Positions 16,662-27,384 of a DNA stretch of 64,000 nucleotides are shown here, one piece after another. The stretch lies in the IMG/VR virus record IMGVR_UViG_3300031933_000215, positions 62,001 to 126,000 of that record; one strand, 5' to 3'. The notes under the pieces were generated by a model. It did no database searches. It had not been told where the DNA came from and worked only from the letters and a program-made list of their open reading frames with translations. Both the position numbers and the translations under genes were made by a program. The stretch's first letter is position 1, and each line of letters begins with the position of its first letter.

Positions 16662-19559
16662 TTACTTGGTGTGTTTCATGAACCCGATGTCGATGTCGTC
16701 CTGTACCGTCAACAACTGGTTGGAGAGGATGGTCAACCGTTTACGCAGTGACATCCGAACCGCGTCGTCCTGTATGGTTACCACACTGAACTCGCCGTTC
16801 TTGTTCCCCAAACCACCCGCTTCGATGTTGATCACATCGTCACCGGCGTTGGCTTTCAGTCGGGCAATGATGTCCGACACTGCCACGGTCTTACGGCCCA
16901 ACATCTCGTTGACAATGGTTCGGGTGCTGCGACTGAGCGCGTCACGCAAACTGGCATTGCCAAACGCCGAGTCCCGGAGGTAGTAGTTCACGTAGAACTT
17001 CTGTTCCAACGGGATGGTGGTTTCGTCGCCGTCACGTACCAGGGCCAGCGTATCACCCAGGGTTACCGTTGGGTGCAGGTACAGTTCACTCTGTTCCAGC
17101 AGACGGTCTCGGATGGTGTCCAAATCGTTCCGCAGCCACCCGACGATCTGAAGCGGCACTTCTTCACGGTACGCCAAGGTCTGTTGTTCTTCAGCAAAGT
17201 AATACTTTCCGTCAAACAACAACAGGGTGAACTCCCGAAGAATCTTTCGGGGCGCAACCAGTTCCGGATGACCGTCACTACCCAAGACCACGTCGCCTTT
17301 GACGTGACGATAAACCACGTTACCGTCGCTGTCGTACTTGACGTCACCCACCGCGTGTTCCACCTCGTACGTGATGTTGCCATCGGCGTCCTGACCCAGA
17401 ATCAACTGGCCGTTCTCATCACGTTTGTAGACAGTTTGCTGGTAAGTGTACGGTACGTTGCTGTTGTAACGCTTGTAGCTGGCCTCGCTGATCAAGCTTC
17501 GGTTCCGACGCCACAATCCAGACAGGTCATAGCCCAAACGCAAACGCAGACGTTCACGGCCGACGACCATGAAGTTTTCCGGCAGTAGGTGAGTCTGCAC
17601 CAACGCGTCCAACTCACCGTGTTGGTAGCCTACGGTGGCGCGACTGCTGGCAATGAAGCTGATGTCGAAGTCGGCTTCCAGTGGGACAAAGAACTCATTC
17701 TGGACTTCGTTGTACATGGTGAAGTTCTCAGTACGCAACTCACCCCGTTCATTGATGTCGTAATTGGTTTCGATGTCAAACTGGTAAACCCGCTCGTCAC
17801 CATCCTTACCTACCAGCGTCCCGTTCAAGCTGGCGTAGTTGTTCTCACCTCCCGGCCGGTAACCCAACTGAATGTGGACCTTATCATCCTTGATTTCTTT
17901 GAACTGGTCACTGGAGACCAATTTCACCAACAGCCGGTAACCGGTTGCCGTGCGTTCCAGTCGGTGTTGATCCACTGAGACCTGCATTGCCGAGGTTTCG
18001 TTTTCACCGACAAACACCTTGCGAAGCACTTCGGGCTGGTCCAGGTAATACGGGCGCACGTCGAACCGTTCGTCGGTAGCTTCCAGAACGTAATGGAACG
18101 GGGTATAGAGGAACCGCCGCTCGTTGATCTGACGGGTTTTGATATCGCCCTGAACGGTGTTCAGCTGGTTCAGATCGTAGTCCGAGACCACCGACACCAC
18201 CCCGTCCTTGTACTCGTACAGCAGGTCGGGCGTCAGCGTGATGCGTTGGCCGTTGTCGTACACGTACTGAGACTTGCCCAGTTGTTCCAGGGTTTGCTGA
18301 ACCTGACCCATGGTGCAGCCAATCGCACTGGCGGTGAGGTTGTTGTTCGTAGTCGGCAAATTACGCGACGCCAGGAACTGTCGGTTGGTGATGTTGTCGA
18401 TGTTGGTCACGACCGAGAACCCAAGCGTTTGCAGTTCGGTCTCCAGCTGCGCGTGTGTGATGGGCACACGCATACCACCAAGGCTGTTATTGATCACCCG
18501 GTCACGCAGGGTTTCGAAACTCACCGCCGGACTGCCACCACTGAACCGTTCCGGGCTGATCGCCTGCAGTCGGTTAAACGTGTGCAGCGGTGCGGTGAAC
18601 CGATCATCGTTGTCCAACTCACTCATCTGCATGACAAACTGACTGGCTTGGTAACTACCCAGGTCCATCTCCAGTCGACCCTTGGTCGTGTAGATATCGA
18701 CTCGAACCTCACCGTCGATACTGCCAGTGGTGTTGTAAATCAACGGCAGTTTCACTTTTAGTGTGTTACCAACGACCTGTAGTACCGCCGTCAACTGCGT
18801 GGGATCGTACACCTGTTCAGTGTGGGTCGTTTTGATTTCCTGCCAGGTTCCGTCGTCTTGCGAGACATACACCCGGGCGTAATAGAACGAGTCTTGGAAA
18901 CTGTATTCGGAGGAGTACCCCGATGTGGCGTTGAGCGTTTCGGTGAACGTTTCGATTTTGAATTGCCCCACCGGCACGCGGAGCACCAGCAGCTCATCGC
19001 GGTCGATGTTAACCACGTCCCAATCCACGATGTTCGATTCCAACGTTTGCACCGGAGATGGCCGATCGACGTCGTACACAATTTGCAGACCACCATGGGA
19101 CATCACCCGCAGTTCGATGGGGTACTGCATGGTGAACGTCGTTTCGGCAACGGTAAAGCTGGTGGCGCGTGGGATGGTCAGTTTCCGAACACCGTGACCC
19201 ACACCGGTCGTGACGGCCTTGGCCATCACTTCGGCTTTACTCAGGTAAATCTCAAAGGTGGTCCAAGCCGGGCTGGCAAACCGCCCGAGGTAATCGACGT
19301 CGGCCATGTGCAGGTACAGCTCGTCAGGGGTCAGCGCCATGCTCGGGTAAATGCGACGCAGCAATGCCTCGCCCTCGGTAATGGCCATGCTGGTATTCAA
19401 GATGCCGGCTTCCATCAAAAATGGAAACGGACTGCTGGCGTCAGGAACGTCGTAATCGCCCTGACCACTCAGCTGCGATTCAAGCTCTCCATAAACAACG
19501 TCCTGCATCAAACTGGGGTTGAAGCGAACGTCCTGAAGACGCTTCTTAAAATCACTCAT
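16662..19559 (-). CDS. virion structural protein, probable baseplate wedge (phiKZ gp87-like)
   Basis: 965 aa; baseplate-J-like GGS....ETLRDRVI and YTTKG motifs; synteny. Confidence 0.75.
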   Translation of the reverse strand: MSDFKKRLQDVRFNPSLMQDVVYGELESQLSGQGDYDVPDASSPFPFLMEAGILNTSMAITEGEALLRRIYPSMALTPDELYLHMADVDYLGRFASPAWTTFEIYLSKAEVMAKAVTTGVGHGVRKLTIPRATSFTVAETTFTMQYPIELRVMSHGGLQIVYDVDRPSPVQTLESNIVDWDVVNIDRDELLVLRVPVGQFKIETFTETLNATSGYSSEYSFQDSFYYARVYVSQDDGTWQEIKTTHTEQVYDPTQLTAVLQVVGNTLKVKLPLIYNTTGSIDGEVRVDIYTTKGRLEMDLGSYQASQFVMQMSELDNDDRFTAPLHTFNRLQAISPERFSGGSPAVSFETLRDRVINNSLGGMRVPITHAQLETELQTLGFSVVTNIDNITNRQFLASRNLPTTNNNLTASAIGCTMGQVQQTLEQLGKSQYVYDNGQRITLTPDLLYEYKDGVVSVVSDYDLNQLNTVQGDIKTRQINERRFLYTPFHYVLEATDERFDVRPYYLDQPEVLRKVFVGENETSAMQVSVDQHRLERTATGYRLLVKLVSSDQFKEIKDDKVHIQLGYRPGGENNYASLNGTLVGKDGDERVYQFDIETNYDINERGELRTENFTMYNEVQNEFFVPLEADFDISFIASSRATVGYQHGELDALVQTHLLPENFMVVGRERLRLRLGYDLSGLWRRNRSLISEASYKRYNSNVPYTYQQTVYKRDENGQLILGQDADGNITYEVEHAVGDVKYDSDGNVVYRHVKGDVVLGSDGHPELVAPRKILREFTLLLFDGKYYFAEEQQTLAYREEVPLQIVGWLRNDLDTIRDRLLEQSELYLHPTVTLGDTLALVRDGDETTIPLEQKFYVNYYLRDSAFGNASLRDALSRSTRTIVNEMLGRKTVAVSDIIARLKANAGDDVINIEAGGLGNKNGEFSVVTIQDDAVRMSLRKRLTILSNQLLTVQDDIDIGFMKHTK

Positions 19560-19586
19560 CGGAACGGTCCTTTTGGTTTAATGTGC

Positions 19587-20627
19587 TCAGTCTCGTGGAA
19601 TCGTGCTATTGCGAATGATGTTGTCGCGTTCGTCTTCGTACACGTGTTTAAACACCCACCATTCGAGTTCCATGGTCATCTCGTTAATCCGGGGATACGC
19701 GTGGTAATTGAAGAACTCTTTCTCAAACGGGGAGAGCTTGTGCATCTTTTCCTCTCGGAGCTCTTCTCGCATGTTTGGGTTGCGCATTTCACCCAAGGTG
19801 TTGAACTCGTAAATCAAAATGTGATCGTAATAGGTGAAGCCCATGCATTGGAAGGACATGGAAATCTGATCGTTCACGGTGGTAAACGGTGACTCCGCCC
19901 CATCCCCTTCGAAGTTGAAGATGTTACCGATGGGGGCCACCACGGGGAACGACGCACCGGTGGCACCGATGCGTGTCACGTACGTTCGCGATTTGTCCAT
20001 GATCAAACGGTAGATCCGGGTCTGGTAATCGATCTCATTGTTCATGACCATTTCCGGGTAGGGCATGATCCGACCTTCGTACACCAGCCCCATATACCAA
20101 CCCCACATCAAAAACATGAATGATATAGGGTCTCCCAAGATATTGCGGAAATTCGCTTGCAGGCTATACACCTCGTAGTTGTAAGGAACATCGTCAATGT
20201 ACGAGTAGGATTCCCGGTACAAACCTGGCGCCGTGCTCTGAGTTTGCAGGGTAAAATCCGGCCAGCCGGACAGCGACACCAAGTTGTTGGACAACAGTGG
20301 AATGAATGGATTCATGTTATCCACGCCGGGGGATTCGATCCCTTCTTTCTCCAACCACGGGTCCAGGTACAAACGGATCATCCGTTGGACACTGTATCGG
20401 TTTTCCTGTAAGAGGTTTGACAGTACTCGGTCCACCACCAAGTTATCGTATGACATATTCATGGCAGGTCGAGTGAAGAACGTGTACCCGTGGTTCTCGG
20501 TATTGCCTGGAATCGGGGCATTACGTCCGACAATGTTCAGACCGTAAAACGAATTGGATATGGACTGATCCATGGGCATCTGCCCAATGTTTCGAGTTAT
20601 CCGCGATATGTAATCATCAACTGCCAT
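19587..20627 (-). CDS. virion structural protein (phiKZ gp88-like, tail/baseplate)
   Basis: 346 aa, GYTFFTRP motif, SD GGAG, synteny. Confidence 0.7.
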   Translation of the reverse strand: MAVDDYISRITRNIGQMPMDQSISNSFYGLNIVGRNAPIPGNTENHGYTFFTRPAMNMSYDNLVVDRVLSNLLQENRYSVQRMIRLYLDPWLEKEGIESPGVDNMNPFIPLLSNNLVSLSGWPDFTLQTQSTAPGLYRESYSYIDDVPYNYEVYSLQANFRNILGDPISFMFLMWGWYMGLVYEGRIMPYPEMVMNNEIDYQTRIYRLIMDKSRTYVTRIGATGASFPVVAPIGNIFNFEGDGAESPFTTVNDQISMSFQCMGFTYYDHILIYEFNTLGEMRNPNMREELREEKMHKLSPFEKEFFNYHAYPRINEMTMELEWWVFKHVYEDERDNIIRNSTIPRD

Positions 20628-20663
20628 ACATGCTCCAGAAACTTTAGAAAAGGAAGTGTTACC

Positions 20664-21809
20664 ATGCCTATAATGACACCAGCTGCCGTCACTGCTGCAG
20701 TAACCGGTGCAGCAGTAAAACTCGGCAGTACGCTGCTGGGAAAACTTGCCAAAGCTGTGACTAAAGGACAGAAAGTATCATCGCTGTCCGACCTGGCTCG
20801 TCCTGCGCGAGTCGAGCCTTTGGTGATCATTGACAAACCATTGGCCGAACAACCGTACATGGAAGACGTCATGAAGATGGCTCTCACCACGTTTGCAGGT
20901 TATTACATGCAGGCGGTGGCCATGGTACTGAACGTTGGACGTGTTGAAACACTGAAAGTTCTTGACTCGTTGAACCCCCACCGCAGCCAGGGGGACCTCG
21001 GTGACGTGAAGAATGCGGTGTGGTCAAAAGAGAGTTACGCGCAGGGTCTTCCATCGATGGAATCGTTTAACCAGCCCATGGAAAAGAACTTGATCGTTTC
21101 TATGGAGGCCGGTGAGGTTGATCGTAGCGACCAGAGCCTGGCCGTAACCGACGAATCGGTTAAGAAACTGTACGAGGTAGAAAACCTGGCGGTTGGTAAA
21201 TTGATCAACGTTGAACTCAAGGATGGTGAGAACCAAGCCAAAATGCCGATCCTGCTGCGTCTGATCCCCACGAAGGTGGCCCCGCAGGTATTGACTCATA
21301 TCTTTACCGCAACCGCTAAAAATTCCACGTGGAAAGAACGCTATCACCTGTGGCGTGCCGGTCAAATCCGTCTGGTGCGGGACCTGATTTTCTCGGTTGA
21401 TCTGATCGATGAGCATCGTAAGGCGTTGGTGAACGACACCAGCAACGTTTACATGACCATGAACGATCGTCGTCGCAACAACAGCATGAAGGCGGCTTAT
21501 ACCGACGTGCCCAGCATGGCGGACGCTTCCAACATTGCGGTGATCTCCAAGGAAACCGCCAAGGACATTGGTCGGGCCATGCACGGCAAGATCGAGAGCG
21601 CGAAGGTTCGGAAGAAACTGTTCGACGCATCTTACCTCATCCTGTTGGTCGTGGTTGACGAACAATGGGAACGGGTGACCGTGTACCATCGTGGCCTGGA
21701 GATGCCGACCGAAATGAGCTTCCGGGAAATCAAAGCTCAGGAAAAAGGCAAAGGTCCGGACATCACCGAGATCCTCAAAGCCTACCAGCTCGGCTCCACA
21801 CCCATTTAA
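20664..21809 (+). CDS. inner-body/head protein (phiKZ gp89-like)
   Basis: ATG 20664 with AAGGA; RVEPL motif; SKE and two SME cleavage motifs; divergent from the gp88-like gene. Confidence 0.75.
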   Translation: MPIMTPAAVTAAVTGAAVKLGSTLLGKLAKAVTKGQKVSSLSDLARPARVEPLVIIDKPLAEQPYMEDVMKMALTTFAGYYMQAVAMVLNVGRVETLKVLDSLNPHRSQGDLGDVKNAVWSKESYAQGLPSMESFNQPMEKNLIVSMEAGEVDRSDQSLAVTDESVKKLYEVENLAVGKLINVELKDGENQAKMPILLRLIPTKVAPQVLTHIFTATAKNSTWKERYHLWRAGQIRLVRDLIFSVDLIDEHRKALVNDTSNVYMTMNDRRRNNSMKAAYTDVPSMADASNIAVISKETAKDIGRAMHGKIESAKVRKKLFDASYLILLVVVDEQWERVTVYHRGLEMPTEMSFREIKAQEKGKGPDITEILKAYQLGSTPI

Positions 21810-21875
21810 CTTCGAATGGTGGGCACGCCCCACCGTTCCTTTCATTTTTTGTCGCAACGTCGTGAGGTTTCCTTC

Positions 21876-22772
21876 ATGAACATTTTGAACTATGTGCGGT
21901 CGCTGGCGCCAGTATACGAGCGCAAGGAACTGCTTTCCACGGTGAGCCAACTCCAGGAAGAACTTCGGGACTACACCCTGCCGGTAGCCCGAGACATCCA
22001 GGAAGTCTTTGCCGACCAAACCCTGAAGTCTCGTTACGCTGGGGAACTGACCAAGGCCCTGCGTAAGCGGATCATGTTTCAGGGCAATGGCATTGATATC
22101 CTGATCCAGTCGCTGGAGCAGTTGGACAACAACATCCCGCTGATCGAGAAAGAAATCAAACGTCTGTTCTCGTTCCAGTTCACGCCGGAGAAACTGACGT
22201 ACAACCGCGCCAACCTGATGCGGTACATTGAGTCCGCCAGCTTCTACGTAAGGTACTTCCGCAAAATGTCCCTACGGTTGGTGGCCGAAGAAGCCCTGGC
22301 CCGTGGCAGTGCTACCCCGATGAGCTGGGCCCGTGCTGAGCGGGAGTGGTTGGACGAAGGCCTGCGCAGTTTTGTAGGTCTGTACAAGTCCATTGCCCAA
22401 TCCGAAAGCAACCTCAAGCAAATGCTGGCGAAAACCTCCAGTGCTGAGATTGACGAAGAAACGCATGAAATGGCCGAGAAGTCCATTGGTCTGAGCAAAC
22501 TCGACCCGATGAGCTTCAGTCAATTCGCACCGAATCGCAACCCACTGTTCTCCCTGGGCAAAGCCATGGCCGAGATGAAGGTCAAGCGGTTCCAGGCCAG
22601 TAAGGAAGAGCATCAGGCTCTGCAATTGCGCCTGCAAGAAATGCGGGAGATGGAACAGGAAGGTAAAACCAACCCGAAACTCCAGAAGCTGATCAAGCAC
22701 ACCGAACAGCGGATCGAGCAGTTGGATTACCGGATCACCAAGATCGAAGAAGAAAACCAGATGGATTATTAA
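21876..22772 (+). CDS. inner-body/head protein (phiKZ gp90-like)
   Basis: ATG 21876 with GAGG; C-terminal coiled coil; synteny. Confidence 0.75.
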   Translation: MNILNYVRSLAPVYERKELLSTVSQLQEELRDYTLPVARDIQEVFADQTLKSRYAGELTKALRKRIMFQGNGIDILIQSLEQLDNNIPLIEKEIKRLFSFQFTPEKLTYNRANLMRYIESASFYVRYFRKMSLRLVAEEALARGSATPMSWARAEREWLDEGLRSFVGLYKSIAQSESNLKQMLAKTSSAEIDEETHEMAEKSIGLSKLDPMSFSQFAPNRNPLFSLGKAMAEMKVKRFQASKEEHQALQLRLQEMREMEQEGKTNPKLQKLIKHTEQRIEQLDYRITKIEEENQMDY

Positions 22773-22782
22773 GGAGACCACC

Positions 22783-23316
22783 ATGGCAATGCCAAATCGT
22801 GTGAAGGTCTTCCCACGAGGCTACAGCGGTGGTCAATCCACACGCCCGGACAAACACAAGAACCGTTCGGGCGATGAGGAAATCAACGCACTGTGGGAAA
22901 AGTACAACGAGCCGGTGAACCAGTCCACGGCTTGGTCGTTCCGCAAGCAGGTCATCCAGGCCGCGAAACGGTTGCTGGGCGGTCGCCCCAACTGGTTCAT
23001 GGCACAGGATCACAACCCGCTGTTGTTTGAGTACAACTATCAGTTCGTCATCGACACCCTGCGGTTCATCGCTACCGGTAAACGTCGCGTCAGCATTCAC
23101 GCGTGGCCCGACCTGGTAACGAACTACCCCGAGGGTGAACTCAGCGACGTCAGCACCCGGCATGACGTCGCGGACCTTTTTGAGTCCTACGCCATGTCCA
23201 CGTCGGTGGATCGTTTGATTCAGTTGTGGTGTCAACGGCACGGCGGGTTCGACGACATGATATGTACCTTGTATATCCTCTTCGGGGATATCCCGTTGAA
23301 AATCGAAAACCGCTGA
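22783..23316 (+). CDS. conserved virion-region protein (phiKZ gp91-like)
   Basis: 177 aa, SD AAGGAG. Confidence 0.7.
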   Translation: MAMPNRVKVFPRGYSGGQSTRPDKHKNRSGDEEINALWEKYNEPVNQSTAWSFRKQVIQAAKRLLGGRPNWFMAQDHNPLLFEYNYQFVIDTLRFIATGKRRVSIHAWPDLVTNYPEGELSDVSTRHDVADLFESYAMSTSVDRLIQLWCQRHGGFDDMICTLYILFGDIPLKIENR

Positions 23317-23357
23317 TCCGGTTATCCCTTTCTACCCAGCACATGGAGTAATAACAC

Positions 23358-24737
23358 ATGTCTAAAGCACATCTTAAAGAATTCCTGGCTCAGTCCGGTG
23401 CCCTGAGCACAGGAATGGAAGAGTTCAGCGATGGCGAACAGAAACTGGACGTTGTGACTTCCAGCGAACCCAGTGTGGATCACGAAGTCGCTGAAATGGT
23501 GGAGTCCAAGATCGAACAGGACGAAATCAGCCGCGACACCGATACCCTGGTTGAAGCTCAGGAATCCCTCGAAGCCTACATGGACCTATTGTCCGAAGGC
23601 ATGGAAAACGGTGGCATCTCTGCTCAGTCCGCCGCGTTCATGCGCTTGGGCATGGAGCGGTTCGAAGAAATGTTCGGTCTGGAGCAGCCCCTGACCCCGT
23701 CCGTGGAAGCCTTCGGCGGCAGCGCCTCTCAGATGCATTCTACGACCGTTTCCCTGGAAGCCCTGTCTGACACACTGAAGAAGGGTTGGGAGGCGCTCAA
23801 GCGTGCCCTGAACGCTCTGATCAAAGCCGTGCAGGACGTTTACGCCAAAGCCACCAAGGCCAGCGCCAAACTCGAAGACCGCGCTTCCAAGATTCGCAGC
23901 GCCGCCAGTGGCCTGGCCGGTAAGAAGCCGTCCAGCGACACCATCGAAATCAAAGGCGCCAAGCGTCTGTTCGCCGACGGCGAGTGGGTTGGTGAGAACG
24001 TGGACCTGGTTCGCGGTCTGATGGAAATGATGTCCAAGAAGTACCCCGAAGCGGTACTGCGTTACGTCAACGACGTGGCCAACGCGGTGTCCAAGTTCGA
24101 CCCCACCGCTGAGAACGCCGACGCTCAGATCCAAACCATCCTGGATTTGGACGGCGTGTTCAATCAGTTCCCGGGTAGCAACATCCCATCCAACGACACC
24201 CGTTTCGGTGGCAAGGTTGACGCCAAGCGCACCAAGATCATGCCGGGTAACCAGGCCCTGTACATCGCTCGTCCCAACCTGACCGAGAAGGGTGACCTGG
24301 AAGGCCTGAAGAGCCTGAATGGTAAGCTGATCGTGGCGCTGATGGAAGCACCGGATGCGAAGAAAGCACCGGAGTCCTACGAACTGAAAGTGGGCAAGCC
24401 CCTGGACCTGGTTCAGAGCGCCTCCAAGATCGCCTCCTGTGCGGCCCTCATCGGTAAGATGGGTAAAGACCGTGAGAAGATCGACAAGGCCATTGACGAG
24501 CTGCTCAAAGCCGGCGATGCTCTGAAAGAGAAAGCCGACAAGGCCGAACTCAACGAAGAGCAGAAGAAGACTGTCAATGCCATGCTGCGCGGTCTGGTGG
24601 CGGTTCAGAAGCTCCTGGGTACTGGCCTGAACGGTGCGGTGTCTTACGGTGTCTCTACGCTCAACGCTCAGTTGACTGTGGTTGAACGTCAAATCGCGGC
24701 GTACGGTGAGAGCAAGTCCGACGACGACGGTGAGTAA
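23358..24737 (+). CDS. abundant internal head protein (phiKZ gp93-type paralog family)
   Basis: Acidic propeptide with GME, SLE, SVE, VSLE|A sites; strong codon bias; terminator after. Confidence 0.8.
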   Translation: MSKAHLKEFLAQSGALSTGMEEFSDGEQKLDVVTSSEPSVDHEVAEMVESKIEQDEISRDTDTLVEAQESLEAYMDLLSEGMENGGISAQSAAFMRLGMERFEEMFGLEQPLTPSVEAFGGSASQMHSTTVSLEALSDTLKKGWEALKRALNALIKAVQDVYAKATKASAKLEDRASKIRSAASGLAGKKPSSDTIEIKGAKRLFADGEWVGENVDLVRGLMEMMSKKYPEAVLRYVNDVANAVSKFDPTAENADAQIQTILDLDGVFNQFPGSNIPSNDTRFGGKVDAKRTKIMPGNQALYIARPNLTEKGDLEGLKSLNGKLIVALMEAPDAKKAPESYELKVGKPLDLVQSASKIASCAALIGKMGKDREKIDKAIDELLKAGDALKEKADKAELNEEQKKTVNAMLRGLVAVQKLLGTGLNGAVSYGVSTLNAQLTVVERQIAAYGESKSDDDGE

Positions 24738-24756
24738 ACACCTTTCGACCATCACA

Positions 24757-24788
24757 CAAAAGGAGCCCTTTGGGGCTCCTTTTATTTT
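24757..24788 (+). terminator. intrinsic terminator
   Basis: AAAAGGAGCCC-tttg-GGGCTCCTTTT-ATTTT. Confidence 0.8.
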
Positions 24789-24799
24789 GGAGTACGATC

Positions 24800-25963
24800 A
24801 TGGGTAGACTTAAAGAATTCTTCCATGACCAGATCGAAACCGAGGTTGAGGCCGGGGATGCACCGCAGACCGAACCTGAATGGCTGGCGGAACAGTTGGA
24901 AGGGGATACCGACGAGGTCCAAAAAGCGTTGATGTTGATGGACGGTACTGAAACCTTCTCGATACCGGAACCGGACATGGACGAGGGCTACCTACTTCCA
25001 CGTGTGTCAACGGAAGGGTTTGGGGAACGCTTGGATCAGATCTGGCGAACCATTCAGCGGTTCATTCGGTACTTGGTGGAATCTTTCACCAACGATAACA
25101 AGGCTGCATTGGTGGCTTGTCGCGTACTGTCCTTCCAAGCGGAAAACCTGAAGATGGAAGCCCGGGGGGCGTTGATGAAACCCAGACGCAAAAACGATCG
25201 TTTGGTGATTCAGTCCCACATCACGGCACTGTCGGTCTTTTATCGTCCACCGGGTAAAATCGGTGACATCATTGCCGGTATGAAAACGTTGGAGTCCATA
25301 CTGAACGATTACTACAGTTACGTGGACCGTACCCTGACCCCCGGACTGGGACGCATCACCACCATGGTGCGCAGCATTGACCCAACCGCCGAAAGCTTCC
25401 AAGAGGACGCCCTGCGGATCGGTCAGGAACTTCAACGACTGTCGCCGACCACGGTACTGAATCGGTACATGGAAGGCAACAACCCGAAAAACCTATTGGG
25501 TCCGCACATTCTGGGGAACCAACGGTTAGCGGGTGTGGGGGTGCCCAACAACCCAACGTTGAATGAGATCACACAGAGTCGTCTGACGCTGCGTCATTCG
25601 GAGCTCACCCCACGTCGGATGCCGAATCAGATCTACTTGCCCCGGTTTAACATGCTGAACACGGATCAGTGCATCGATCAGGTTCTGCGTATGACCAAAA
25701 CGATCAAGGCAACCCTGGAGGGTAGTGCCGCCGCCAAACGCGAACGGGCATTGAGCGACCTGACCACGGCGGTGAATCGGTTTGTCGAACGGGCAGGTGA
25801 GTTGGAAGACGGTCAACGGCAGGAGAAAGAAGACGCTCAGGCCATTGCTCAGATGGTTCGGGTGGCCGGTCAGTGGATGCATAACCCCTACCACGGTTTA
25901 ACAACGAACGCACTGCGCTCCATGCGCGGGGCAATCATGGTTTGTCGTAAAAACATTGAATGA
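24800..25963 (+). CDS. internal head protein (phiKZ gp92-97 block)
   Basis: ATG 24800 with GGAG; VSTE|GF cleavage motif after an acidic propeptide. Confidence 0.75.
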   Translation: MGRLKEFFHDQIETEVEAGDAPQTEPEWLAEQLEGDTDEVQKALMLMDGTETFSIPEPDMDEGYLLPRVSTEGFGERLDQIWRTIQRFIRYLVESFTNDNKAALVACRVLSFQAENLKMEARGALMKPRRKNDRLVIQSHITALSVFYRPPGKIGDIIAGMKTLESILNDYYSYVDRTLTPGLGRITTMVRSIDPTAESFQEDALRIGQELQRLSPTTVLNRYMEGNNPKNLLGPHILGNQRLAGVGVPNNPTLNEITQSRLTLRHSELTPRRMPNQIYLPRFNMLNTDQCIDQVLRMTKTIKATLEGSAAAKRERALSDLTTAVNRFVERAGELEDGQRQEKEDAQAIAQMVRVAGQWMHNPYHGLTTNALRSMRGAIMVCRKNIE

Positions 25964-25977
25964 GGAGTAACCTTGCC

Positions 25978-27291
25978 ATGCGGCATTTGAAACATATTTT
26001 GGGAATGGAAGGGATTGACACGGTGTCCGACGAGCCGGTGAGTCCCGAACAGGAAGCCGAAGCGGAAGCGGTGCTGGAGGAAGAGCACCTGCAAGATGAC
26101 GCGGACTACCAGAAACAGCAGGCCGAGTTTGACGACAGTCAGGCCGCTCGGGAAGAAGCGGAAGCGCTGGAAGATTTCTGTGGCATTCTGGGTCACGGTT
26201 TGGAAACACAAGACTATCAGCCACAGCTGGCCGCTGCGGTCAACGCCTACGCCCGCCGGTATGGGAACCTAGGATTGGAAGGCAGTGACCAACTGTCTCT
26301 GGAACATTACGATCCGGCCGATCTGGAGCAGTTCTACACGGTGTCCCAGGAGTTCTTTGGGAAGGTGTGGCAGAAGATGAAGAAAGGGTTCAAAGACCGT
26401 TTCGAGCTGTCGGTGTCGAATTACCGGGAAGCCGATCGGGACGACCGTCGTCAAGCACGTGCCCGTGCGATGAAAACCAAAGCCACGGCGTTGCAGCAGC
26501 GCCTGAACGAATTGCCGAACGGTAAGGTCACCATCGAACTGGGCGATGCTTTCCGGGTGTTTACGTCTCAAGGTTCCTTGGTCAAGAACATGGACAAGGC
26601 CCTGGAACGCGACGCCAAATCTGTGGAGTTCATTCTTCGCAATTACGTGCCGTCCACTTTGAAGTGGTTGGAAGGCATGCGGGCAGTGTCGGTTCAGGCG
26701 CTGGGCGCAGCATCGATCTCCAGTGACGGCAGCATTGGTCAGGCCAAAGAAGAAGTGGAGAAGTTCTTCAAGAACCGTCCGTACCCAGGCACGTTACTCA
26801 CCCGCGAACTCCTCGACGGTAGCGGCTTTGTCAACAACGAGCGTATGCGTTACGATCCGGAGCCTCGCCGTGGGTCGGATACCGCTGACATCATCAACAG
26901 TCAGGTTAACACTATCCCGCCGTACATGGGCGACTGCGCAGTCAAGGCGCCGAAGAAAGGAACCGTCACGGTCACTAAGGCGGAACTGTCGGGCATGTTG
27001 AAAGTGATCCACCAGTACGCCAAGCTGTTGTCCCTGTCCAGCTCCGAGACCCGGGGTGTGATGAAGAACCTGCAGGCGGATGTCAAGCTCCATTACCCGG
27101 AAGGTCAGAACGCACCTTGGATGGGTGCCGATCAGTACGTGGTTGAACGTCTGTTGAGTCTGCTCATGTTTGCGCCAGAGTTCATCGATTACGCCATGAC
27201 AGGCACCTATCGCCACATCGGTAAAGTCACCGATGGGGTCTTCTGTGCGGTCGAATGTGCGTTGGCGCAAGTCAACTCCGACGAAGAGTAA
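25978..27291 (+). CDS. internal head protein, paralog of 27385..28746
   Basis: SD GAGGAG; propeptide shares LE.F..IL.HGLE...Y.PQ.AA.V and FYTV(S/A)xE with the next gene. Confidence 0.75.
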   Translation: MRHLKHILGMEGIDTVSDEPVSPEQEAEAEAVLEEEHLQDDADYQKQQAEFDDSQAAREEAEALEDFCGILGHGLETQDYQPQLAAAVNAYARRYGNLGLEGSDQLSLEHYDPADLEQFYTVSQEFFGKVWQKMKKGFKDRFELSVSNYREADRDDRRQARARAMKTKATALQQRLNELPNGKVTIELGDAFRVFTSQGSLVKNMDKALERDAKSVEFILRNYVPSTLKWLEGMRAVSVQALGAASISSDGSIGQAKEEVEKFFKNRPYPGTLLTRELLDGSGFVNNERMRYDPEPRRGSDTADIINSQVNTIPPYMGDCAVKAPKKGTVTVTKAELSGMLKVIHQYAKLLSLSSSETRGVMKNLQADVKLHYPEGQNAPWMGADQYVVERLLSLLMFAPEFIDYAMTGTYRHIGKVTDGVFCAVECALAQVNSDEE

Positions 27292-27384
27292 TCCCAACAA
27301 CCCGGAAACAGTGCTTTACACTATGAGCAGAAATTCCGGGTTTTTGCTGCCCTTTAACAATCACGTGATTTTGGAGTAACACTC